Source: Bacteroidota bacterium (GTDB lineage Bacteria > Bacteroidota > Bacteroidia > J057). Taken from it: 12,967 bases of DNA. Under the pieces are notes generated by a model. That model did no database searches. It had not been told where the DNA came from and saw only the letters and a list, made by a program, of their open reading frames with translations. Below are positions 1-7,507 of this stretch, one piece after another. The stretch covers positions 14,168-27,134 of the forward strand of contig DAITMB010000065.1 in assembly GCA_036835375.1 (NCBI GenBank). The letters run 5' to 3'. Numbering within the stretch: position 1 is the stretch's first letter; each line of letters opens with the position of its first letter. The translations under genes were made by a program, and so were the position numbers.

Positions 1-93
1 CACGACACCGCCTTGTCACGAGGCCAGCAAGCCATCATTCTCGAATACGACCCTGTGCAAGATCAATATGTCGTGACTGCATTTGAAGTGTAA
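1..93 (+). CDS. 3' end (31 codons) of an upstream gene that is truncated by the window edge; product unknown
   Basis: Frame 1 is open from position 1 (HDTALSRGQQAIILEYDPVQDQYVVTAFEV) to the TAA at 91-93. Codon usage resembles the neighbouring genes. It is too short to assign a family. Confidence 0.3.
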   Translation, partial: HDTALSRGQQAIILEYDPVQDQYVVTAFEV

Positions 94-272
94 TTCAAGT
101 TGTAAGAGGCTTCGAAAAGGAACGACTGATTTCACCGAATACAAATTTTACTGTACCCTCTTTTCAGCAAAGCCATGTCTTCCCCAATCAATTGTTAGGC
201 ACGAGGTGGCCGCTGACTTTTTGTGACTTCCCCCAACCCTTTTTCATTCATTCATCCTTCATTTCCACCACC

Positions 273-2441
273 ATGGACATCATTTCCACCATCGGCATCA
301 TCGTCGGAATCGTGCTGGCGAGCGTCGTCATCGGGTATGTGCTGCTGATTCGTCTTTTCTACCGAAAAATCAATCAGGGACAGGCGCTCGTGCGCACAGG
401 CTATGGCGAGACCAATGTCGCATTTAATGGGATGTGGGTCATTCCGCTGCTTCACAATGCCGAAATCATGGATATTTCGCTGAAGCAGGTCATCATCAAC
501 CGCGACGGCAAGGACGGTTTGATTTGCAGAGACAATCTCCGCGCAGATATCAAAGTGGCGTTTTATGTGCGGGTCAATCCCACGGTCGAAGATGTGAAAA
601 TGGTCGCTAACACCATCGGATGCGCCCGCGCTTCGGACCCCGAGCTGCTCAATGTTCTCTTCGAATCCAAATTTTCCGAGGCTCTCAAGACCGTCGGCAA
701 GCGCTTTGACTTTGTGGAGTTGTACGACGCGCGTGAAAAATTTCGCGACGAAATCATCAACCTCATTGGCCGCCAGCTCAATGGCTATTTTCTCGACGAT
801 GCTGCGATCGATTACTTGGAGCAAACTCCAGTAGAATTCCTCGACGAGGACAACATCCTTGACGCGGAAGGGATCAAAAAAATCCGGGACCTTACCGCCA
901 AGCAGATCACCCTCGCCAACAAGATTCAGCGAGAAAAGGAGAAGGAGATCAAGAAGCAAGACGTAGAGGCACGAGAAGCCATCCTAGAGCTGGAGAAGCA
1001 ACAGGCCGAAAAAGAAGAAGTGCAGCGTCGGGAGGTCTCCTCCGTCAAAGCCCGTGAAGTGGCGGAAACCCAGCGGGTACAAGAAGAAGAGCGCACCAAG
1101 TCGGACCGCGCCCGCATTTCCCGCGAACGAGATATCGAAGTGGAGGAGCAAAACAAGCTACGCGATGTGATTGCTGCCCGCAAGAACAAAGAGCGAACTG
1201 AGGCAATCGAGACCGAGAAGGTCGAGCGAGACAGGGCCTTGGAAGCCACTGAGCGGGAGAGGATTGTGGAGCTGGCCCGGATCGAAAAAGAAAAAGCCCT
1301 CGAAGAAGAGCGCAAAAACATCCAAGACGTGATTCGCGACCGCGTGGCCGTGGAGCGGGAAGTCGTCGAAGAGCAGGAAAAAATCAAAGATACTGAGGCA
1401 TTTAAAGGAGCTGAGCGCTTGAAGCGCGTCGCCATCCTGGCTGCAGAGCAGCGGGCAGAGGAAGCCTTGGTGGAGCGAATTAAGCGAGCCGAAGCGGAGA
1501 AGGATGCCGCAGTCTTGGACGCACAGCGCCGCATCACCGAAGCCAACGCAGGTCGTGAAGCCGCGGACAAGGAAGCTCAATCCAAAAAAATCATGGCGGA
1601 TGCCACTGCCGAAGAGCACGCATCCATCGGCCTGGCAGAAGCTCGCGTCTTGGAAGCCAAGGCCCAGGCACGGGAAAAAGAGGGACAAGCCACCGCCAAT
1701 GCGCTTGAGTTCCAGAACATCGCCGAGGCCAAAGGCATTGAGCTGAAAGGAGAAGCCCAAGCAGAGGCAGACCGCAAAAAAGGCCAGATGGAAGCCAAGA
1801 TTTATCTGGAAAAAGGCATGGCAGAGGCCCAGATTCTTGAAGCACGCGCGCTCGCCACCGAGAAAATGGGGACTTCTGAGGCCAAGGTGATTGAGCTCAA
1901 AGCTCAAGCGGATGCCAAAGGCGTACAAGCCAAGGCAGAGGCCATGAAGAAGCTCGATGGCGTGGGCAAAGACCACGAGGAGTTCAAGCTCCGCCTCGAA
2001 AAGGACAAAGAGGTGGAATTGGCAGGCCTGAACATACAGAAGGACATTGCCGCTGCGCAAGCTCAGGTACTTGCTGAGGCCCTGCGATCTGCCAAGATTG
2101 ACATTGTCGGCGGTGAACAACAATTCTTCGATCGCATCAGCGGAGCGATTCTCCAAGGCAAGTCCGTGGATCGCTTTCTCAACAACAGCGAGCACCTCAT
2201 TGATGTGAAAGAAGCTCTGCTCAACGGAGAAAACGGTCATTTGGGTCCTACTCTTCGCAGCTTCATGCAGCAATTTCGCTTCAGCAGCGAAGACCTCCGC
2301 AACCTCAGCGTCTCCGCCCTCATCGCCAAACTTCTCACTCAAGCTCAGGACGAGAAGCAGCGGTCGGTGCTAGACAGCCTTCAAGCCATGGCCCAATCCC
2401 TTGGATTGGCTGACCAAAAGGCGCACAAGTTCTTGCAATAG
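273..2441 (+). CDS. Membrane-anchored SPFH/band-7 flotillin-like protein (YqiK/FloT family) with an extended coiled coil
   Basis: ATG at 273 (MDIISTIGIIVGIVLASVVIGYVLLIRLFY) opens directly into a hydrophobic transmembrane helix. An SPFH core follows (QGQALVRTGYGETNVAFNGMWVIPLLHNAEIMDISLKQ...IKVAFYVRVNP), then about 400 aa of E/K/R/A/Q-rich coiled coil. The C-terminus has a flotillin-type tail (...LRSAKIDIVGGEQQFFDRISGAIL...). The ORF track extends in frame to 192, but 192-272 is a G-free pyrimidine-rich leader, so 273 is the preferred start. The stop is TAG at 2439-2441. Confidence 0.88.
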   Translation: MDIISTIGIIVGIVLASVVIGYVLLIRLFYRKINQGQALVRTGYGETNVAFNGMWVIPLLHNAEIMDISLKQVIINRDGKDGLICRDNLRADIKVAFYVRVNPTVEDVKMVANTIGCARASDPELLNVLFESKFSEALKTVGKRFDFVELYDAREKFRDEIINLIGRQLNGYFLDDAAIDYLEQTPVEFLDEDNILDAEGIKKIRDLTAKQITLANKIQREKEKEIKKQDVEAREAILELEKQQAEKEEVQRREVSSVKAREVAETQRVQEEERTKSDRARISRERDIEVEEQNKLRDVIAARKNKERTEAIETEKVERDRALEATERERIVELARIEKEKALEEERKNIQDVIRDRVAVEREVVEEQEKIKDTEAFKGAERLKRVAILAAEQRAEEALVERIKRAEAEKDAAVLDAQRRITEANAGREAADKEAQSKKIMADATAEEHASIGLAEARVLEAKAQAREKEGQATANALEFQNIAEAKGIELKGEAQAEADRKKGQMEAKIYLEKGMAEAQILEARALATEKMGTSEAKVIELKAQADAKGVQAKAEAMKKLDGVGKDHEEFKLRLEKDKEVELAGLNIQKDIAAAQAQVLAEALRSAKIDIVGGEQQFFDRISGAILQGKSVDRFLNNSEHLIDVKEALLNGENGHLGPTLRSFMQQFRFSSEDLRNLSVSALIAKLLTQAQDEKQRSVLDSLQAMAQSLGLADQKAHKFLQ

Positions 2442-2489
2442 CAGGCCAGCTCGTTTCCCCGTTTTTTTTCTATCCACATCCCCTCCACC

Positions 2490-5400
2490 ATGGAAGCCAG
2501 TACCTATGAGCTGATCCGGACCCGACTGGAAGCGCAGGCCCAAGACCTGCGCAGTCGGCTGGATCGGCTCCACCAGATCCGAAAGGATACCTTCGGGACC
2601 ATCGAGATGCAGCTGATCGCCACCGATCGCATCACTACCCAAAACCACTGCATCCCACGCGACATGGTCGCCATCGGACACCGGTTTTTGTTTGGGTACA
2701 ATGTCATGATGGGACTTCGTAGTGAAGTGTCGGTCAGCGATGTCTTCGCTGGGTATCGTTTTGAAGTCAGTGACCACAGCTTCCACGGGGAATCGCTGGA
2801 TTTTATGGCAGATTCGCGCTTCCAGGAGGACTTTCAGAATCTCTACAAATACTACAAAGACACTGTATTCGCCCGCTTTGCCATTCGTGGCCCTCATCTT
2901 TTCTTGGTGTTTCAGGTGGGAAAATCCTCCCACGAGATCAAGACCTTCAAATGGGCAATTCAGGACGACCAGTTACTTTACCTCGGCAATCGATTCGATC
3001 ACGAGTATCGATTTCCTGATCAGCATGAGTTTTCCTGGCAAAAGGCAGGTAGAGACCAGTATCGGCGCGGGATGCACCCACACGTCTCCATCCTTGATCG
3101 AGTCTTTGTCGAAACCGTGGGGGGGGATCTCACCATCAAGGTCGAGGACAACACCTCCACCGGGCTGGGCATTTTCAGCGAACCTGTCGAGGATCCTGAC
3201 CAAACCCTCGACGATGCTGAATATTTCTTTGCAGACTTGGGAAATATTCTCCTGCTGAAAATCAGACCTTACCAAGAAAAAACATTCCGCCACTTCATCT
3301 TCAACGAAAAGCTTCAGGAGATCCTTCGTGTGGATTCCCTTGCGACGAGCGCGATCCGTCTGCCCGACGAGCAGGGATTGATTTTTTCGAATGGATATTA
3401 TCTCCACACGGGCGAAAAGAAAATCTTCGATCAGGCTCATGAAGGGCTGCGGTTTGAGCGTCGTGTCGTTTCCCCCAACGGTGAAGACATCCTGTATGTG
3501 TTTTACCAGGCAGCGAGTGGCCAGTATGTGCTCTTGCCTTACAACTTGGTGAAAATGGACGTGGACAGCCCGATTCATTGTGGGGGATTCACCATTTTCC
3601 CCAACGGCGAATTGTGCTATTTCCGGGCGGAAGAACAACCAGGACGGCACCATGTGATTCAAATTTGGCGGACGCCTTATGGTACCGGAGTATCCGAGGT
3701 GGCCCAGAATTCAGGATCCTGGATCGCCAAAGTCGGCAACAAAGACCTCGTACGCGGCATGGCCGAGTGTCAAGGCTTGCTCGTCTTACTAGGAAAAGAA
3801 GAGCCTTACGCAGACTTCTATGTCGATCTGGTAAAAAAAACTGGAGACATCATTGACAGCTACTTTTGGATTGCAAAAGAAGAGGCTGCCAATCTCGCCT
3901 TTGCGCTGCGCAACATCCGTGAAACGGCTGTCTCGGCCATCGACGAATACGAAAAAGTACAGGTCCTCCGCGCCAATACCCGCATGCGCACCGAGGAAGT
4001 GACGGTGGCAAGCCAGCAACTAGCTGAAAAAATTCGCCGCCGAAAGCCGCAACAAATCGTCGATTATGTGGAATATCTGGGCGAACTGCGGAGACTGCGG
4101 GGCGACATCATCGGCCTGCGAGATCTGAGATTTGCTGACGAATCCAGCATTGAGGCGCTTGAGGCCCAAGTCATTGCCCAGACCGAATCCCTCGGCGAAG
4201 CCACGGTCACATTCTTGCTCAGCGAGCAATCCCTCCAGCCCTACCAAGTGCGTGTTGATTCCATCAGCGAGGCCATCGGCACGATCTCCCGTGTGACAGA
4301 AGCTAATGAAGTGGCGCAAGACATAGAGGACAGCGCCAAGCAACTGGAACTGCTCATCGACATTGTGAGCAACCTCAAGATAGAAGATGCGACCCAAACT
4401 ACGCGGATCATTGAGCACATCTCTGTGGTGTTTTCCCGGCTCAATGGTTTACGTGCATCGCTTCGCACGCGGCGGCAGGCGTTGTCCGGGATGGAAGCTA
4501 AGGCTTCTTTTTTTGCCCAGATCAAACTCTTAGATCAAGCTCAGATCAATTATCTCGACCTCTGTGACACCCCGCAAAAGACGGAGGACTACCTCTCCCG
4601 CCTCATGGTACAGGTCGAAGAACTGGAAGGGAAGTTTGCCGAATTCGAAGAGTTTCTGCGCTTGCTTTCCGACAGACGCGAAGATCTCTACGCCGCCTTC
4701 GAGACCCGCCGCCTTCAATTGGTGGAACAAAGAAACAAACGTAGCAGCGCTCTGCTAGCCACTGGTACGCGCATTCTCAAGGGCATTCAGCATCGTGCGG
4801 CGCAGATGGAAGAGCTTCAGGAGATTCATGCCTACTTCGCAGCTGACCTCCTCGTGGAAAAGGTGAGGGGCATCATCGCCGAACTCACGCAGATGGAGGA
4901 CAGTGGCAAGGCAGGCGATCTTCAGGCGCAGCTAAAATCGGCGCGCGAAGAGGCCATTCGCCAGTCAAAAGACCGAAGGGATCTCTATGTCGATGGCGAT
5001 CACACCATTCGGATGGGCAGACACAGTTTTGCGGTCAATCGCCAGGCTCTAGACCTCACCGTTGTGCCCCGTGAGGGAAGCATGTATCTCCACATCACGG
5101 GGACTCATTTTTATGAAAAAATCACCGACGAAGTCTTCCTCCGCACCCAGGCTGTGTGGGGCATGTCGCTGCCATCAGAGAGTGCTGACGTGTATCGAGC
5201 TGAGTTTCTGGCGTGGCAAATGATGCAGGATTTGTCTTTGTCCGCGGCAATCCGACCTCTGCTTCCTGAAGTACAGTCCTTTATGGCGACGCGCTATGAG
5301 GAAGGCTATCTCAAGGGCATTCACGATCATGATGCCAGCGTGCTGTTGGGACATTTGCTAGAACTTCGGGAAGGGCTTGGCTTCCTACAATATAGCCCCG

Positions 5401-7307
5401 AGGCGCGTGCCTGTGCGATCGTTGCATGGTGGAGCGGTTGGGAAGAGGAGGCCAAAAATGCTTTGTCTCTGCGAATCCAGAGTGCAAAACTGGTCTTGCG
5501 GGCCTTCCCCGGGACTTCTCGATTTGAAGCGCTGACTCAATCGTTACATTCCCACCTTGCACAATTCTGTCAAGCATCCGGTGCATTTGATCAGGGCGTG
5601 GCCGCTGAAGCAGCAGCGTTTTTGTTTGCCACCTTACAAGACGAAGGATCCCTGACGGTCTCTGGAGAGGCGGTTGATTTACAAGAAGCTTTTGGGCAAT
5701 ATCTCCGTCAAAACGAGCTCAGCGAAGATTATGAAAAATCTCTGGCAGAATGGCAATCATTGCCACTGGCCCGATTCGACTTGATTCGCACATGGCTGGC
5801 AGCATTTGTCGAGGCAGCAGAAAAGGATACTCCAGCATCCCTCGTGCTGGAAGCAGCTGCTTTGATGCTTCTCGGTACACACGTTCCCACCCAGCGGCTG
5901 GATCTATCTGCACGGCGCACCGTGACAGATCTGCGAGGGGAGCACGGGGTAATCGAAGAGGGAGGACGCTACGAATTGAGTTATCATCGCTTTCAGGCGA
6001 AGCTCGGGCAGTTTGTCCAAGACATTCGTCCGCAGTATTTTCAGATGGCGCAGCTCAAGCACGACCTGATTGCGCGGGAGCGGGAAAGCCTTCGCTTGGA
6101 GAGTTTTCAGCCGAAAATCATGTCCTCTTTTGTTCGGAACAAACTCATCGACCAGTACTACCTGCCCCTTGTGGGTGACAACCTCGCGAAGCAGATCGGG
6201 ACTGTCGGAGAAAACATGCGCACCGACCGCCAGGGCTTGTTACTGCTGATTTCACCGCCGGGCTACGGCAAGACCACGCTCATGGAGTATGTCGCCAACC
6301 GGATGGGGTTGATTTTCATGAAAATCAACGGACCCGCCATTGGCCATGAAGTCACTTCACTTGATCCTGCGAGCGCGCCCCATGCAAGTGCTCGCGAAGA
6401 ACTTCACAAGCTCGCCCTTTCCCTGGAAATGGGCGACAACGTGATGCTCTACCTCGACGACATTCAGCACCTTCACCCAGAATTTCTCCAAAAATTCATC
6501 TCCCTCACCGATGCCCAGCGCAAAATCGAAGGGGTGTATAAAGGTCGGTCTCGCACCTATGACCTTCGTGGAAGGCGGGTGGCCGTGGTCATGGCAGGCA
6601 ATCCCTACACCGAGTCGGGGGATAAATTTCGAATCCCGGACATGCTTGCCAACCGAGCGGACATTTACAATTTGGGGGACATCATCGGTGCGCAGGAGGG
6701 GCTGTTTCGGCTCAGCTATTTGGAAAATGCCCTCACTTCCCATCCATTGCTCACCCGGCTTGTGACCGCATCCAGTTCCGATCAGCACATCATTTTCCGC
6801 GCCGCGGAAAAGGGCGAAGAGCAGGGCCTTGCGCTGGAAGGGAACTTGTCTCCGGAAGAAGTGCAGGATATGCTCGCGGTGTTGCGCAAGATGATCGCTG
6901 TGCGTGAGGTGGTGCTGAAGGTGAATCATGCCTACATCGCTTCCGCTGGGCAGCAGGAGGCATATCGGGTAGAGCCTCCGTTTTTGCTCCAAGGGTCATA
7001 TCGCAATATGGCGCGGTTGACTGAAAAGCTGTCTCCATTGATGAACGACCAGGAGTTGCAAGCGCTTCTCCTCGCACACTACACGAGCGAAGCACAGACC
7101 TTAAGCGCGGGTACAGAGGCCAATCTCCTCCGTTTTCGGCGGATGATCGGGGTGGCTACCCCAGAAGAAAATCAGCGCTGGGAAGACATTCTTCGGATGT
7201 TTGGAGAGCAGAAGCAGCTCAGCATGGATCGATTAGGACAATTGGTGCAGGAAATGAAGTCCTTCACGCAGGGGCTTGCAGCAATCAGCGATGCGTTGAA
7301 AAAGTAG
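2490..7307 (+). CDS. Giant (1605 aa) multidomain protein: N-terminal beta-rich region, long coiled-coil/helical middle, C-terminal AAA_5 (MoxR/dynein-related) AAA+ ATPase domain and lid
   Basis: Single uninterrupted ORF. Walker A is LLLISPPGYGKTTLMEYVA (GYGKTT at nt 6261-6278). Walker B is VMLYLDD (DD at 6456-6461), followed by IQHLHPEFLQKF, which aligns to MoxR 'DEINRAPPKTQSALL'. Sensor 1 and the arginine region are VAVVMAGNPYTESGDKFRIPDMLANRADIY, aligning to MoxR '..[22 protein letters not shown]'. Residues about 460-900 are heptad-like and charged. No protease, VWA (DxSxS) or nuclease motif was recognised. The gene starts 48 bp after the flotillin stop, so the two are probably co-transcribed. 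Confidence 0.85.
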   Translation: MEASTYELIRTRLEAQAQDLRSRLDRLHQIRKDTFGTIEMQLIATDRITTQNHCIPRDMVAIGHRFLFGYNVMMGLRSEVSVSDVFAGYRFEVSDHSFHGESLDFMADSRFQEDFQNLYKYYKDTVFARFAIRGPHLFLVFQVGKSSHEIKTFKWAIQDDQLLYLGNRFDHEYRFPDQHEFSWQKAGRDQYRRGMHPHVSILDRVFVETVGGDLTIKVEDNTSTGLGIFSEPVEDPDQTLDDAEYFFADLGNILLLKIRPYQEKTFRHFIFNEKLQEILRVDSLATSAIRLPDEQGLIFSNGYYLHTGEKKIFDQAHEGLRFERRVVSPNGEDILYVFYQAASGQYVLLPYNLVKMDVDSPIHCGGFTIFPNGELCYFRAEEQPGRHHVIQIWRTPYGTGVSEVAQNSGSWIAKVGNKDLVRGMAECQGLLVLLGKEEPYADFYVDLVKKTGDIIDSYFWIAKEEAANLAFALRNIRETAVSAIDEYEKVQVLRANTRMRTEEVTVASQQLAEKIRRRKPQQIVDYVEYLGELRRLRGDIIGLRDLRFADESSIEALEAQVIAQTESLGEATVTFLLSEQSLQPYQVRVDSISEAIGTISRVTEANEVAQDIEDSAKQLELLIDIVSNLKIEDATQTTRIIEHISVVFSRLNGLRASLRTRRQALSGMEAKASFFAQIKLLDQAQINYLDLCDTPQKTEDYLSRLMVQVEELEGKFAEFEEFLRLLSDRREDLYAAFETRRLQLVEQRNKRSSALLATGTRILKGIQHRAAQMEELQEIHAYFAADLLVEKVRGIIAELTQMEDSGKAGDLQAQLKSAREEAIRQSKDRRDLYVDGDHTIRMGRHSFAVNRQALDLTVVPREGSMYLHITGTHFYEKITDEVFLRTQAVWGMSLPSESADVYRAEFLAWQMMQDLSLSAAIRPLLPEVQSFMATRYEEGYLKGIHDHDASVLLGHLLELREGLGFLQYSPEARACAIVAWWSGWEEEAKNALSLRIQSAKLVLRAFPGTSRFEALTQSLHSHLAQFCQASGAFDQGVAAEAAAFLFATLQDEGSLTVSGEAVDLQEAFGQYLRQNELSEDYEKSLAEWQSLPLARFDLIRTWLAAFVEAAEKDTPASLVLEAAALMLLGTHVPTQRLDLSARRTVTDLRGEHGVIEEGGRYELSYHRFQAKLGQFVQDIRPQYFQMAQLKHDLIARERESLRLESFQPKIMSSFVRNKLIDQYYLPLVGDNLAKQIGTVGENMRTDRQGLLLLISPPGYGKTTLMEYVANRMGLIFMKINGPAIGHEVTSLDPASAPHASAREELHKLALSLEMGDNVMLYLDDIQHLHPEFLQKFISLTDAQRKIEGVYKGRSRTYDLRGRRVAVVMAGNPYTESGDKFRIPDMLANRADIYNLGDIIGAQEGLFRLSYLENALTSHPLLTRLVTASSSDQHIIFRAAEKGEEQGLALEGNLSPEEVQDMLAVLRKMIAVREVVLKVNHAYIASAGQQEAYRVEPPFLLQGSYRNMARLTEKLSPLMNDQELQALLLAHYTSEAQTLSAGTEANLLRFRRMIGVATPEENQRWEDILRMFGEQKQLSMDRLGQLVQEMKSFTQGLAAISDALKK

Positions 7308-7466
7308 GTGAAGGCAGCAAGATCCAAATCCCATGTTCAAGGAGCGAAAAAGGGGCTGGGAAACTATGAGCGTTGATATTTAGAATAATCCCAGAAGATT
7401 GCTTTCTCGAAAGGAGGGAAGTAGCTATAAAATTCGGAGCTTTGAGGTGAATAATAGGAACTATTC

Positions 7467-7474
7467 TATATTTT
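7467..7474 (+). promoter_or_regulatory. Weak candidate -7 box upstream of the FabH-like gene
   Basis: TATATTTT, one mismatch to TAnnTTTG, lies 33 nt upstream of the ATG at 7508 inside a 200-bp AT-rich intergenic region. No terminator hairpin was found between the giant gene and this site. Confidence 0.15.
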
Positions 7475-7507
7475 CCGCCCCGAATTCACACTCGCTGACT
7501 TTAACAC

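Noticed and set aside
192-272. In-frame 27-codon N-terminal extension of the flotillin ORF (MLGTRWPLTFCDFPQPFFIHSSFISTT)
   Set aside because: The region is a G-free pyrimidine-rich stretch more consistent with a leader. A perfect transmembrane helix begins right after Met-273, and flotillin/YqiK proteins begin with a short N-terminus plus transmembrane helix. It is kept only as an alternative start.
926-2342. Long minus-strand ORFs (926..1570, 214 aa, Ser/Arg/Ala-rich; 1158..2342, 394 aa) antisense to the flotillin gene
   Set aside because: They lie entirely inside the well-supported SPFH/coiled-coil CDS. Their low-complexity composition is the expected mirror image of repetitive GAA/GAG/GCC/AAG coiled-coil codons. 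No independent start context or motifs were seen.
2442-2489. T8 tract after the flotillin stop as a rho-independent terminator
   Set aside because: No stable GC-rich hairpin precedes the T run. The 48-bp spacer more likely allows read-through into the giant gene.
2370-6992. Several antisense or alternative-frame ORFs within the giant ATPase gene (for example 2973..3662 -, 6357..6992 -, 5750..6178 +, 2722..3258 +)
   Set aside because: All are embedded in a single 4.8-kb ORF with clear AAA+ motifs in frame. A GC-rich sequence produces long spurious open frames, and none shows recognisable domains.
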